From a virus (taxonomy: Duplodnaviria > Caudoviricetes), in the IMG/VR virus record IMGVR_UViG_3300021426_000070, positions 1 to 64,000 of that record: a stretch of 64,000 nt of DNA. One strand, 5' to 3'. The translations under genes were made by a program, and so were the position numbers. Below, in pieces: positions 21,937 through 31,657 of this stretch. Under the pieces are notes generated by a model, which had not been told where the DNA came from, made no database searches, and saw only the letters and a list, made by a program, of their open reading frames with translations. Numbering within the stretch: the first letter of the stretch is position 1; each line of letters starts with the position of its first letter.

Positions 21937-23031
21937 TTAACCTGCAACGGCTGTTGAGTCGATTGTGTAAATCTGGTCAACATTGCTCAGAATAGGAACA
22001 ACCATAGCCTGTGAGCTTGTAAACTCACGCAATGGGTCGTTCTGAGAATAGCGAGAGGTCAGAATGAAGTCATCAACGGTCTGATAGACAACACCTGCAA
22101 CGGGGCGGGTAGCCTCTGCGCAGTTAGTCCAAACGAGGTCGCCGAGTTGGTCAGAGCAAGTAAAGGTCATCACACCATTCTGCCATGGAGTGTGATTCTG
22201 TTTCTTGCCGTTGAGCTCAGTCTTAATCTTACGTGCTACACGATGGAGCTTAACACCCCACTTGGTCTGCAGCACCTGACCAGCCTTCTCGAAGTCCAAC
22301 ACGGGGATGTTAGAGCCCGTCTGAGTGGCAATGCCTTGGTTGAAAGCATACTGACCACGTACCTGCTTAGAGCGATACAGAGCGTTCAAGGCTACATCGT
22401 CTGCAAACACATCGGTAATGTTGTTTTGGTCAGCCAAAGCCTTGTCGAAAATCTGCTGAATATCGTCAAGAGGGGTAGAGTTCTCTACATTGCTCCAAAT
22501 GGTAGATGCCTTAAACTTGTTCTCTTCGAGGAAACCAACGTCAATACGTACGCCAGTACCACCCGAACGTGTAGAAACACCAACGCCGCTAGAGAGCTCA
22601 GATAGGAACATATCCTCAATACGCTCGTAGATAGCCTCGATGACACGGGGAACGTCTGCGAAAAGGTTCTGCACTACCTGAGCAGAAGGGGTGTTGGTCG
22701 CAATCATAGCATCCAAATCCTTCATCTGCTTTTCAGTCAGATAGAGTTTCAGACCCAACTTAGGAATAGAGCCCGTAGCTGTCTCGATGCGGTCACGGCT
22801 CTTCAATGGCAGCTCAGAGTCGAGAGATACAACGTCAGCAGCTACACGGGTGTACTCCGCAGTAACAGATGCCCAACGTCCATCAGCCGAATATACGGGG
22901 TTCAAGTGGTCACGATACAGATATGTGAGAGCGTTAGCATTCATACGCTTCTCATTCAGTTTCTCAACAACCTGTCTTACAAGCAGTGGAAACCATTTCT
23001 CAGTGTACTCAAAATAAAGCGATTTTTCCAT
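21937..23031 (-). CDS. Major capsid protein
   Basis: 364 aa, follows scaffold and decoration genes; ADVVSLDSELPLKSR...GSIPKLG pattern of gpE-like capsids. Confidence 0.85.
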   Translation of the reverse strand: MEKSLYFEYTEKWFPLLVRQVVEKLNEKRMNANALTYLYRDHLNPVYSADGRWASVTAEYTRVAADVVSLDSELPLKSRDRIETATGSIPKLGLKLYLTEKQMKDLDAMIATNTPSAQVVQNLFADVPRVIEAIYERIEDMFLSELSSGVGVSTRSGGTGVRIDVGFLEENKFKASTIWSNVENSTPLDDIQQIFDKALADQNNITDVFADDVALNALYRSKQVRGQYAFNQGIATQTGSNIPVLDFEKAGQVLQTKWGVKLHRVARKIKTELNGKKQNHTPWQNGVMTFTCSDQLGDLVWTNCAEATRPVAGVVYQTVDDFILTSRYSQNDPLREFTSSQAMVVPILSNVDQIYTIDSTAVAG

Positions 23032-23038
23032 AGTTTAC

Positions 23039-23641
23039 TTACGCCTCCTCATCGTGTTTGAAAAGAATGTTAATTTTGTTTGCAGCGTTTGCGGCATTGA
23101 AAGCAGTCTCGATAGCTCCGAGCTGCAGCTTCATCACCTTGTCGTTGACAACGCCGTCAATCAGAATAGAAGCAGCGGGCTTCTTCTTCAGAAGTGAGCG
23201 GAAAAGAACACCCTCGATAGCAGCACCCTCGGGAAGAGAACTGTACTTATAAACGGTGTTTCCGTCCTCGTCCTTGCTCTCTACCTCACTCTTGGTGTAG
23301 TAGGTCTTGCCAGCGGCTACCTCAGTGTCCTCAGAGAGAGTGTAAGTGCTACCACTCTTCTCATAGTAACCGCTTGTCGAAGGGTTGCCAGTTGGGTTAG
23401 CAACGGCAGTGTAAACATCTTCTACAACGGGAACGATAGGAGCGGGCTTATAGGTCTTCACATCATTCTCGGTCTGAGAAATGATGACGTGACCCGCATA
23501 CAAAACGTCCTCGGGGAAGCCGCTCATGTCAAGAGTACGACCGCCCTCAATGTCGGTATTATGCTTCTTGATGACAATCGAGTCATAGGTGCTGAAGTCA
23601 ATACCTTTCTTCTCTTGTGTAATGTCTTGTTTCATTTTCAA
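23039..23641 (-). CDS. Head decoration protein with inserted module
   Basis: Lies between scaffold and capsid genes; GGRTLD...AGHVII pattern. Confidence 0.6.
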   Translation of the reverse strand: MKMKQDITQEKKGIDFSTYDSIVIKKHNTDIEGGRTLDMSGFPEDVLYAGHVIISQTENDVKTYKPAPIVPVVEDVYTAVANPTGNPSTSGYYEKSGSTYTLSEDTEVAAGKTYYTKSEVESKDEDGNTVYKYSSLPEGAAIEGVLFRSLLKKKPAASILIDGVVNDKVMKLQLGAIETAFNAANAANKINILFKHDEEA

Positions 23642-23646
23642 TTAAA

Positions 23647-24570
23647 TTAATGTTTAACCATCATGGCGGCGATAGCCTTGGCTTCATCCTCAGATGCCTC
23701 CTTTGGTTCTCCCGAACGAGAGAAAGGAGTGTTCTTTGTCAATCCCATTGCCTTGATGTTTGTTGCAACCACGTTCAGATGGTTGGTGATAGCATCATCA
23801 TCCATGTCATCGGTGATAGCAAAACCCTCGTCAATGCGAGCCTGTGGAATGCCCAATTCTTTTGCCTTAGATATAATTCCGTCTTGACGGGCTTTCTTTG
23901 CGGACTCAGCCTTCAGCTTCTCACTTTCAGCCTTCATCGAGTTGATAGTTTCGAGCTGTTGCTTGTTTTGGTCGGTAAGGGCGGTCAGTTGCTCGGTGAG
24001 CTTATTGGTCTGTTCCTTGCTTTGGTTCTGTATTGCCTCAAGCATCTGCTTGAAAGCATTACGCTCTTCCTCAGCCTTGGTACGTTCCTCTTGAAGTTTC
24101 TTCAGATATTCCTCTTGCATATCCTTGATATACTGCGGAATTTCCTTGTCCTTCTTCATTTCTTCGAGCTTCTTACGCTCTTCCTCTTCCTTAGCGGCTT
24201 TCTTAGCAGCCTCTTCCTCAGCCTTTTTCTTTGCTTCCTCAGCGGCTTTCTTGGCAGCTTCCTCTTCGGCAGCTTTCTTCTTAGCCTCTTCCTCAGCAGC
24301 CTTAGCAGCGGCAGCTTTCTTAGCAGCCTCCTCTTCAAACTCTTTCTTTGCGTTCTCTTTAGCTGTCTTAGCAGCCTCGGTAGCCCGCTTGTCGTTGAGC
24401 TTTTGGAGGTTCTCGAGGAATCCTTTCTGACCCTCTACAATTGAATCCACGTTGTCATCAGTAACAAACCCCATCGCTGCAAGCGACTCGGCATGTGCCT
24501 GAAGAATCTCGTCACCTAAACCCAAAGATGCGAACTTTGTTTTTAGTTTAAGGAAAATTTTTTCTTTCAT
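23647..24570 (-). CDS. Capsid scaffolding protein
   Basis: Coiled coil with EEAAKKA repeats; first gene of the head operon. Confidence 0.7.
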   Translation of the reverse strand: MKEKIFLKLKTKFASLGLGDEILQAHAESLAAMGFVTDDNVDSIVEGQKGFLENLQKLNDKRATEAAKTAKENAKKEFEEEAAKKAAAAKAAEEEAKKKAAEEEAAKKAAEEAKKKAEEEAAKKAAKEEEERKKLEEMKKDKEIPQYIKDMQEEYLKKLQEERTKAEEERNAFKQMLEAIQNQSKEQTNKLTEQLTALTDQNKQQLETINSMKAESEKLKAESAKKARQDGIISKAKELGIPQARIDEGFAITDDMDDDAITNHLNVVATNIKAMGLTKNTPFSRSGEPKEASEDEAKAIAAMMVKH

Positions 24571-24635
24571 TTCTTAACTATATTATGATTGTCTTTTAAA
24601 CGAGTTGGGGTAACTCCCCCGTTAAATTAACATTG

Positions 24636-24707
24636 CAAATTTAATCATTTACAGCGAAATGAAAGTCTTTTGTTTATTTTGGCTTGATACACTTTATAAA
24701 GTGTGCG
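24636..24707 (-). promoter_or_regulatory. Late-type promoter of head/tail operon (-7 box TAAATTTG plus operator 24686-24707)
   Basis: GATACACTTT-at-AAAGTGTGCG palindrome. Confidence 0.72.
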
Positions 24708-24822
24708 ATATTTGCCCGTTTTTGAGCCGTCTGAGCCGTTTTTATGTGTTGGTCGGGTAACAATAAAGCCGCACACGTTTCACAACGTACACGGCTTTTA
24801 AATCTAACCTCTTATATTATAA

Positions 24823-25362
24823 TCATACAACTCGTCTGTAATAGTCGTATAGGTACGACTGCCAATAAAGGTTCGAGTAGTACACGCCATTGTGCTTCTT
24901 GTAATCGCCAAACATGCGCACACGACCATCTTCACCTAGTATGGCAAACTTCGAGCACCCAATAAGCTCGTCAATAACATACCTCACCTCGTCAGAGTCG
25001 ATGCCGTATGTCTTGATGGTCGGGTATATGTACTTTCTGAAAGCTGTCTCAGAGTCCGTCATATCACCCTCGGGCTCGATGTCAAGTATGCCGTTATGGG
25101 CAAACCATATCTTACCCTTTTTGAACGGGTGGCAGTTCTTAACACCTACTGAGCCGTGAGTGGCAAAACGAAAGTGGATTATCACATCTTCGTCTTCGGG
25201 CACAAACTGCAGTCGGTTGTAGAAACGCTCAAAGTTCATGCCTTTGTAGTGCATCGACTTACTAGCAAACCCCATGCCATGAGGATTTTTGCGGTGCATA
25301 GCGTAAAGCTCTACTTTTGATGGTAGCTGTGTACCAGCCTTTATAACACATATAACACACAT
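24823..25362 (-). CDS. Class II glutamine amidotransferase (Ntn-hydrolase)
   Basis: N-terminal MCVI; NPHGMG; HFRFATHG; CHPF; HNG; TDSE. Confidence 0.9.
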   Translation of the reverse strand: MCVICVIKAGTQLPSKVELYAMHRKNPHGMGFASKSMHYKGMNFERFYNRLQFVPEDEDVIIHFRFATHGSVGVKNCHPFKKGKIWFAHNGILDIEPEGDMTDSETAFRKYIYPTIKTYGIDSDEVRYVIDELIGCSKFAILGEDGRVRMFGDYKKHNGVYYSNLYWQSYLYDYYRRVV

Positions 25363-25612
25363 ATCTCTTATCTTTTAATCTTGTTCAACTTCAAATGTAA
25401 TCTATATATCTCATAAACACACCATGCGATACCGACCATAATAGCCTCTTCATGCTTACCATTGAAATAAAGGATTAAGCAAGGTATCTCAAATCCGAAT
25501 ATCGGTGGCAGAAAGAACAGAACCAATTCAATTATTTTCTTCATAACCCCATTTATTTTGTTTCTGAGGGGCTTTCACATGCTCTGTGGTATGTTACTCA
25601 CCCCGTATTCTT

Positions 25613-26536
25613 TTAAGCGGCTACACGACCTCTGTTGACCTCTTGCTTGCTGGTCTCAAAGAAACGTTTCTCAGCGGCGGTCAAGAAAGGTATCTCAGAG
25701 ATAGTCTCAACCTCGTTCTCGATAACGTTATTCATTGAGTAGGCTACGAGCTTTGACAAGAAAGTCACCCACATCTTAATCTTGGTAAAGTTTGTCGAGC
25801 CTTGGTGCTGACGAAACTCGATTGTGTGATGACGAACGAAAGACTCAGCATTAACAGAGTGATAGCGGTCAAAACCCATTACCGAACGGACAGCCTCGGG
25901 TGTGTGGCAGTATGAGAAATCGTAACCATCAATAGGCTTGCAATAGAAAGCGTCACGGCGGCTAGGTGCAAGAAAACTGCTAATCACATTCTGCAGCTTC
26001 TGATAGTTTTTGAACACGTTCACATACTGCTCACCACTGAGCTCAGAAGCACCGATATGCACGTGCAAGCCCGTTGATTTGTTGACGTATGCGCCAGCCT
26101 CGTTGAGAGCGTTGCAGCAAGCCTCGAGCTTATCAAAGCCGCTCTTGTTGCCGTTGAGGATTGGCGATACACACTCGATAGGTTCACCATCCATACCTAA
26201 CGTCCGACTGATTGATGAGTCTGACACAAACTTAAAATGGTCTCTGTTATCGTTGTGGTTGTAGTTCTCAAACTCGTAAGGCACGTTATCACGGCTAGCT
26301 ACATCCTCAAAGCGGTAGCGTGGCATATTGCACTCGATTTCAACACCAAAGGTAAAGCTGAAACGTGGCTTGCTCTCTCTGTGTACCACGGGCAGAACGA
26401 AAGAAATCTCATTCTCTCTGATACCTAACTTGATAAGAGCCTTCACTTTCTCAGAACGTGAGCCCTTCATGTTAATCACATCGTTAATCTGCTCACTGAG
26501 TGACTTTCTGTTGTTGAAACCATTGTCGTACATCAT
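25613..26536 (-). CDS. Putative amidoligase (COOH-NH2 ligase family)
   Basis: TFGVEIE, DSSI, ECVSPIL, STGLHVHIG, TIEFRQHQGS. The start is placed downstream of the promoter at 26735-26742. Confidence 0.88.
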   Translation of the reverse strand: MMYDNGFNNRKSLSEQINDVINMKGSRSEKVKALIKLGIRENEISFVLPVVHRESKPRFSFTFGVEIECNMPRYRFEDVASRDNVPYEFENYNHNDNRDHFKFVSDSSISRTLGMDGEPIECVSPILNGNKSGFDKLEACCNALNEAGAYVNKSTGLHVHIGASELSGEQYVNVFKNYQKLQNVISSFLAPSRRDAFYCKPIDGYDFSYCHTPEAVRSVMGFDRYHSVNAESFVRHHTIEFRQHQGSTNFTKIKMWVTFLSKLVAYSMNNVIENEVETISEIPFLTAAEKRFFETSKQEVNRGRVAA

Positions 26537-26870
26537 AATAGCGGTGCTAGTTTTTAAAGAGCTCGCTCTGCTCGTTGGGGTTAGACTTAAAAAGTGCTTT
26601 GGGCGATTTGACCGTTTTCTAACGAGTGCCGCTCGCTTGCAGTTTATGAGGTGTGCCTCACCTACGCCCTCTGTCACCATTTCAAAGACAAGTTTTACGA
26701 GTGCCTCTCGGTCTCTCATTTCTGATTGACATTGCAAAGATAGGCATTTTCTCTTTACTGCGCAAATATTTTGCAAAGAATTGTATGTTTTTTAACATCG
26801 TTTCACGTCAAATGGGTGGTTTTTCACAATCGTTCACAAAAAGGCATAAAAAAAGCCCGCTATAAGCGGA

Positions 26871-27065
26871 CTAGAAGGTCTCGAACAAATCGCCTATGCC
26901 GACACCAAGCGCATCGGCATAGCGTTTCAGTTTCTTGACCGATGGGTTTTCCCTACATCGGACAACAGAGTTGACGGATTGGCAAGACACACCCATCTTA
27001 GCTGCCAAATCTTTTTCTGTCATCCCAATCTTTCTTAGTACCTTATCTATACATAATACAACCAT
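26871..27065 (-). CDS. XRE-family HTH protein
   Basis: MTEKDLAAKMGVS...NPSVKKLKRYADALGV. Confidence 0.8.
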   Translation of the reverse strand: MVVLCIDKVLRKIGMTEKDLAAKMGVSCQSVNSVVRCRENPSVKKLKRYADALGVGIGDLFETF

Positions 27066-27067
27066 AC

Positions 27068-27382
27068 CTATTTAAAATCTATAAACTCGAGGTTAAGCCG
27101 CTTGCACTCGTCTGCAAAGGTCTTACCTCTAAGGTTCTTCATGTTCCTATCCCACATGCCATAGACGATACCACGAGCCTCTATGACATAGCCGTAGTTC
27201 ACCGACATCTGCCTATAGTCGTTGGCATGCACCTTTGCGACATCACGATAGAGGATATCACGCTCCCCCGTCCTATACAGATAGTCCACATAGCAGACAA
27301 CGACATTCTTATCATCGAGTAGCTTTTCTAGCCGCTCGTAGTCGTCCGACATATGTTCGCTATAATAATTCCGCCTACTCAT
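27068..27382 (-). CDS. Hypothetical protein (paralogue of 27935-28228)
   Basis: Shared S.DY.RL..LLD...VVC.V and FI.FK ends. Confidence 0.5.
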   Translation of the reverse strand: MSRRNYYSEHMSDDYERLEKLLDDKNVVVCYVDYLYRTGERDILYRDVAKVHANDYRQMSVNYGYVIEARGIVYGMWDRNMKNLRGKTFADECKRLNLEFIDFK

Positions 27383-27698
27383 ACTCTACCACCATTCCGC
27401 TAGAACGGGCAAACGTATGCTCTGCCATTGCTCCGTTACTGAAAGTCCAACCTTTAAGGAAATACGCCCTATCACAGAATGACATCATGAGTATATCAAT
27501 CCCTAACGCCACCCTATAGCTGACATGCTTTAAGATAGTCCACCTTGAGGGATTGAACACCTTATAGCCCCTTGCTCTGAGTCGTTCCTCTGCAGTATTG
27601 AACGCTTGTCTGTATTCGAGCTCTGAAAGTCCCGACATACGCCCGCTGATATAAACCCTATTGCTCATCTTTCGGCTCTGTATATGATACGGGCTCAT
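27375..27698 (-). CDS. DUF4406 / nucleoside deoxyribosyltransferase-like protein
   Basis: VYISGRMSG...FNP...LKGWTFSNGAMAEH. Confidence 0.8.
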   Translation of the reverse strand: MSPYHIQSRKMSNRVYISGRMSGLSELEYRQAFNTAEERLRARGYKVFNPSRWTILKHVSYRVALGIDILMMSFCDRAYFLKGWTFSNGAMAEHTFARSSGMVVEYE

Positions 27699-27933
27699 AC
27701 AAATCGAGCCCCGAAATGAAGAGTGGAGCGGCTATCGTCTCGCTGAACAGAAAACACATAAGGACGCTACCTTCGCAGACCTCATAATCAACACCATCTA
27801 CCTTTGCATCTTTGTTCATCCACCCATAGGGCTCTGCCGTGAACTCAGTGCCGTCAGCCTTGCGGAACGTCTTACTTTCTGCACAGCCTACCAACATAGC
27901 GCATACAAGCGCAAACATCATTAATTTCTTCAT
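27658..27933 (-). CDS. Putative lipoprotein
   Basis: MKK + hydrophobic stretch + LVGC lipobox. Confidence 0.6.
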   Translation of the reverse strand: MKKLMMFALVCAMLVGCAESKTFRKADGTEFTAEPYGWMNKDAKVDGVDYEVCEGSVLMCFLFSETIAAPLFISGLDLYEPVSYTEPKDEQ

Positions 27934-28357
27934 ATCACTTAAAATTTATAAAACTTACTTTTCTTGCTGCCATCTGTTCACTGAAAGACTGAGGATAGCC
28001 TTTAATCTTGTCACGCATATAATCGTTATATGTGGTGACGACAGTACCGCCATAGCGTACTTCGTAATGCTCAAACCGATACTGCCCCTTGTTTCTCAGC
28101 TCTGCGACACATACGGTGTTACGCACAACGCCATCGGTCTTCATCGGAACGACACACACCACTTGATAACCCTTGTCAAGCAACTCTTGCAGCCTTGTAT
28201 AATCCTCAGATAACTCGTAACCTAGCATTTCTCGTAATAATTATGATTTACACACTCTATAACCTCATAGTCGGTAATCTTGCCAGCGTTCACGTCCATA
28301 GCCAACGAGAACGCCTTGCAAGAGAACCTATCGGTGCATTTGACATTGCAACAGACC

Positions 28358-28720
28358 TTATTCATCACGCTTGCCAATGGAGATAATGAAAAGCCTCTGA
28401 CCAAACTCTATATCGTCAATCTTGTATTTTGCGAAAGTGTTTGTGCCGCCCCTACGGAAACGTACATGGGTGAAATCACCATCATGCCCCGAATTGAAAC
28501 GGATATAAGCACCCTCTTTCTTCATGGCAGCATCACGTTGGAGCGGGTCTTTGACCTTTGCCACGAACGCATCGAACTGCTCTTTTGTCATATTACCAAT
28601 ACCGCCAATCAAACGACCAACATAATAGTCTGTGATATCACGGAACTCTTTTGTCTTCGTACCATTGACGATTTGGTCAAAGTACACGCCGTACAAGCGC
28701 AAATCCAATACTCTGCTCAT
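28358..28720 (-). CDS. ASCH/PUA-like domain protein
   Basis: YFDQIVNGTKTKEFR motif. Confidence 0.7.
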   Translation of the reverse strand: MSRVLDLRLYGVYFDQIVNGTKTKEFRDITDYYVGRLIGGIGNMTKEQFDAFVAKVKDPLQRDAAMKKEGAYIRFNSGHDGDFTHVRFRRGGTNTFAKYKIDDIEFGQRLFIISIGKRDE

Positions 28721-29082
28721 TGCTCAATCTTTTTACGCAACAAACCAAAATCTGACAATATAAAATTAAGCTGAAATGGCTTCTCGCAATACGCAAAGCA
28801 CTCTTCTAGTGTAGGACGAACCCACTCGTATTCGATTGGCTTGTCGGGCGCAATATCGTTGTAGAACGTGCTCATAGCGTCCTCACCGCACTCGGGGCAC
28901 TCTATGCCGAACGGAGTGACACCCTTTACCCTCTCAATGGTCTTTGTAATCCTACCGCATTTCGTACAGCGATAGCAATTCACACGACCCGTGTTGTCAT
29001 TAATCTCTTCACTATCCAACTCGGAAAGCATTTTGTTGTAGCGTTTCGTAATATCACGCTTTACACTTTTGATTATTCTCAT
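28717..29082 (-). CDS. Zinc-ribbon protein
   Basis: CTKC and CPEC pairs. Confidence 0.55.
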   Translation of the reverse strand: MRIIKSVKRDITKRYNKMLSELDSEEINDNTGRVNCYRCTKCGRITKTIERVKGVTPFGIECPECGEDAMSTFYNDIAPDKPIEYEWVRPTLEECFAYCEKPFQLNFILSDFGLLRKKIEQ

Positions 29083-30063
29083 ATTTTCTTTATTAGTTTT
29101 TTCAATAACTTCATCGTTTCCTTATGTTTTTCCTCACTTTCATAGTTATAGAAATAGAACGAATTAGGCTTGTCATTAACGAACACATCGGCACGAACAA
29201 GGAAATCACCATCATCGAAAACGAACGTCTCTACGAAAATCGTTGCCTTGCCCAACAACGAACGCTGTATCTTCTGAACTTCTAACAGAACATTCTTCAT
29301 ACTGCAAAAACTTCTATATCCTTATTCTTCAAACTTGGTCGCTTTTTCACCGCATAGGCTTTCGCCGCCTTCTGCAGATACTTTTCGTTGATGATAGCAA
29401 CACCTTCACAAAAACCCTTGATAGCCTTTAGCGGCATGGGCATAGACATCGTTGTCACAAAACGACCATCTAACATGACATCAAATTTAAATGTGCTCAT
29501 GAGAATCTTGGAAATTTCGTTGTCATACCCGTCTGCTGCTCGAAAAGGGTATGCATCATATCGGCATACACCTCTTTGTAGTCTGCGACCACCTTAACAC
29601 TGTCGCCACGCTTGCGCATGAAACGCATCTCGTACAAGTCCATACCCTCGTTGTATGCAACCTCAAAGCGATTGATAGCATGGCAGTTTCTACCTACACA
29701 CATCAGAAGATACACCTTGCCATCTTTCTCACCATAGGTTATAGGGTTACAGCCCGTCATCAAACTGAAACGCTGTGCGCCTAGCTGCTGCCAAATAGTA
29801 TTGGCGATTGAATACTGCTCTTTCTGATTGTATATCATATTTCTTATTACAGTTTATTCGGTGTGTCTCACCTTTTATATTGTTGTTATACTATTCTCTT
29901 TTAAGAAACTGCCTATATCTTCACAGACGTTGGCAGAATAATGGAAATCAGTTGTATTTAAAAATTTATTTTATGACACTGCAAAGGTAAGCATAAATTC
30001 TTTAACGTGCAAGTTTTTATACCTTTTTCTTTCTGTTTTTAACATTGTTTAGTATTTTGGCAT

Positions 30064-30095
30064 AAAAAAGGGAGTGCCGTTAAGCACCCCCTCCC
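30064..30095 (-). terminator. Intrinsic terminator
   Basis: GGGGTGC-TTAACG-GCACTCC followed by a T-run on the minus strand. Confidence 0.6.
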
Positions 30096-30115
30096 TCTCA
30101 AAAAGGTTATATATA

Positions 30116-31558
30116 TTATGATTGTGGTGGTTGCTGTGGTTCGGGTGGTTGTGGGTTTGCCCCCTCTTTGGCTGCGTTCTCTGCCGCCAACCTCTCAGCT
30201 TCGGCTAGCTGTATCTTTTCAATTTCTTCCTTCGGTGCATCGGTTAGCGCAAGCATGGTCACTGCCGTTTCAAGAGAAATGACACCTCCGCCATACAGAT
30301 TGACGATACCCGACCAATTCTTTGTAGAGTCATCGGGGAATGGGTCAGAGAACTCAAAGCTGATTTTAAGCTTATCTATCTGTGAAGTCATATCGGGGTG
30401 TATGTTCTTTAGCACCTCTAAGGTAACGTGTAAGTAACGGGTAATCATTTCCTCGTACACCTCCAAGCGGTTAGCACGCTTGATATATCCAAGTATCATA
30501 GCGTTACGCACTGCCACACCCGAAAGAGTGCCCAAGCCCTTCATATTCTCAAACGAGAAGTCGGGTGTGAACGTGTCGAATAGGATAGTGGCATTGAGGT
30601 TCGCTTTCTCATCACGCCTTGTTGACGAGTCTTGTGGCGGCTCGATGTATCGGAACTGAGATTTTTCACTAGGCATCTGTATCAGTCTGCCCGGTTTGTC
30701 AACCTCGGGAAGACTAGCTATGACATCGGCTGTTGCAGCGGCTATCGGGTCTGCGTAATAGTTGTTTGTGTCACCAATCTTAGAATCGAGCTCTTCATCA
30801 CGCTTAATACGCTGTTCCGCTCCGTCCCATGCTTTAGGCTGCATGAAAAGGATAGCGTTAATCTTACCCGTTGGGTTCACAATGCTGTTCACCTCCCAAC
30901 CGAACATACCCTTGCGGCATTCAAAAGTGGCATCAGCGGTAAGTATATCCCAATGGAGCACGTTCTTTCCATTCTCTAAGAGCTTATAGCCATAGGCGAA
31001 AGCTATAAGGTTTCTGTATTGGTCGAATAGGTATTTGATACGATAACCAAGCGAACGTGCTACTACAAAAACGTCTGTTCCAATCGTCTCGTCTGCATTC
31101 CGATGGAAATGTGTTACTAGTGCCGACATTGTTTCAGCACCCGCCAATCGCTTACATTGGCGTATCTTAGCATTGAAGAAAGTGTCTTTGAGATAATCGG
31201 TGAACAGCTTGTAGGCATCGTCATCACCTTCTTCTTTCTTCCATACGATAGGCTCACCGAGTAGAAAGAACAGCTCAACCTCATTGATATAACGCTCACG
31301 TGTACGTGGCAGCTTCTCAGAGATATAAGGACTGCCGCCCTCAATTTGCTTGTTCGGTCTTCTCATCACATCATGAAGAAGTGGGTTATACTCCTTCAAA
31401 GCCTTGTCAATATCAGTGTCCCTTGTGGTCATTAGAGATAACACCTTATCGACCTTGCCGTCTTCCATGAGCTTGAAAATATCCTTCCTCGCACCCGTGG
31501 AGTTTAGTGTGAGATTCTTGAAGAAACTCTCTATGTGATTAATTAACGTAAATTCCAT
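30116..31558 (-). CDS. Portal protein (SPP1 gp6-like)
   Basis: 480 aa; FLLGEPI, DTNNYYADP, LSGVA, ISLETAV patterns. Confidence 0.85.
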   Translation of the reverse strand: MEFTLINHIESFFKNLTLNSTGARKDIFKLMEDGKVDKVLSLMTTRDTDIDKALKEYNPLLHDVMRRPNKQIEGGSPYISEKLPRTRERYINEVELFFLLGEPIVWKKEEGDDDAYKLFTDYLKDTFFNAKIRQCKRLAGAETMSALVTHFHRNADETIGTDVFVVARSLGYRIKYLFDQYRNLIAFAYGYKLLENGKNVLHWDILTADATFECRKGMFGWEVNSIVNPTGKINAILFMQPKAWDGAEQRIKRDEELDSKIGDTNNYYADPIAAATADVIASLPEVDKPGRLIQMPSEKSQFRYIEPPQDSSTRRDEKANLNATILFDTFTPDFSFENMKGLGTLSGVAVRNAMILGYIKRANRLEVYEEMITRYLHVTLEVLKNIHPDMTSQIDKLKISFEFSDPFPDDSTKNWSGIVNLYGGGVISLETAVTMLALTDAPKEEIEKIQLAEAERLAAENAAKEGANPQPPEPQQPPQS

Positions 31559-31584
31559 CTGCGCCTATCAAAACTTTTCTTCTG

Positions 31585-31657
31585 CAAAGGTAATGGCAAA
31601 AACCGAAAGGTTTTTTATCCTCACCTTTTCTTTTTGGTATATTTTGCAAAGTGTGCG
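31585..31657 (-). promoter_or_regulatory. Late-type promoter of portal gene
   Basis: -7 box TACCTTTG; operator GGTATATTTT-gc-AAAGTGTGCG at 31636-31657. Confidence 0.7.
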
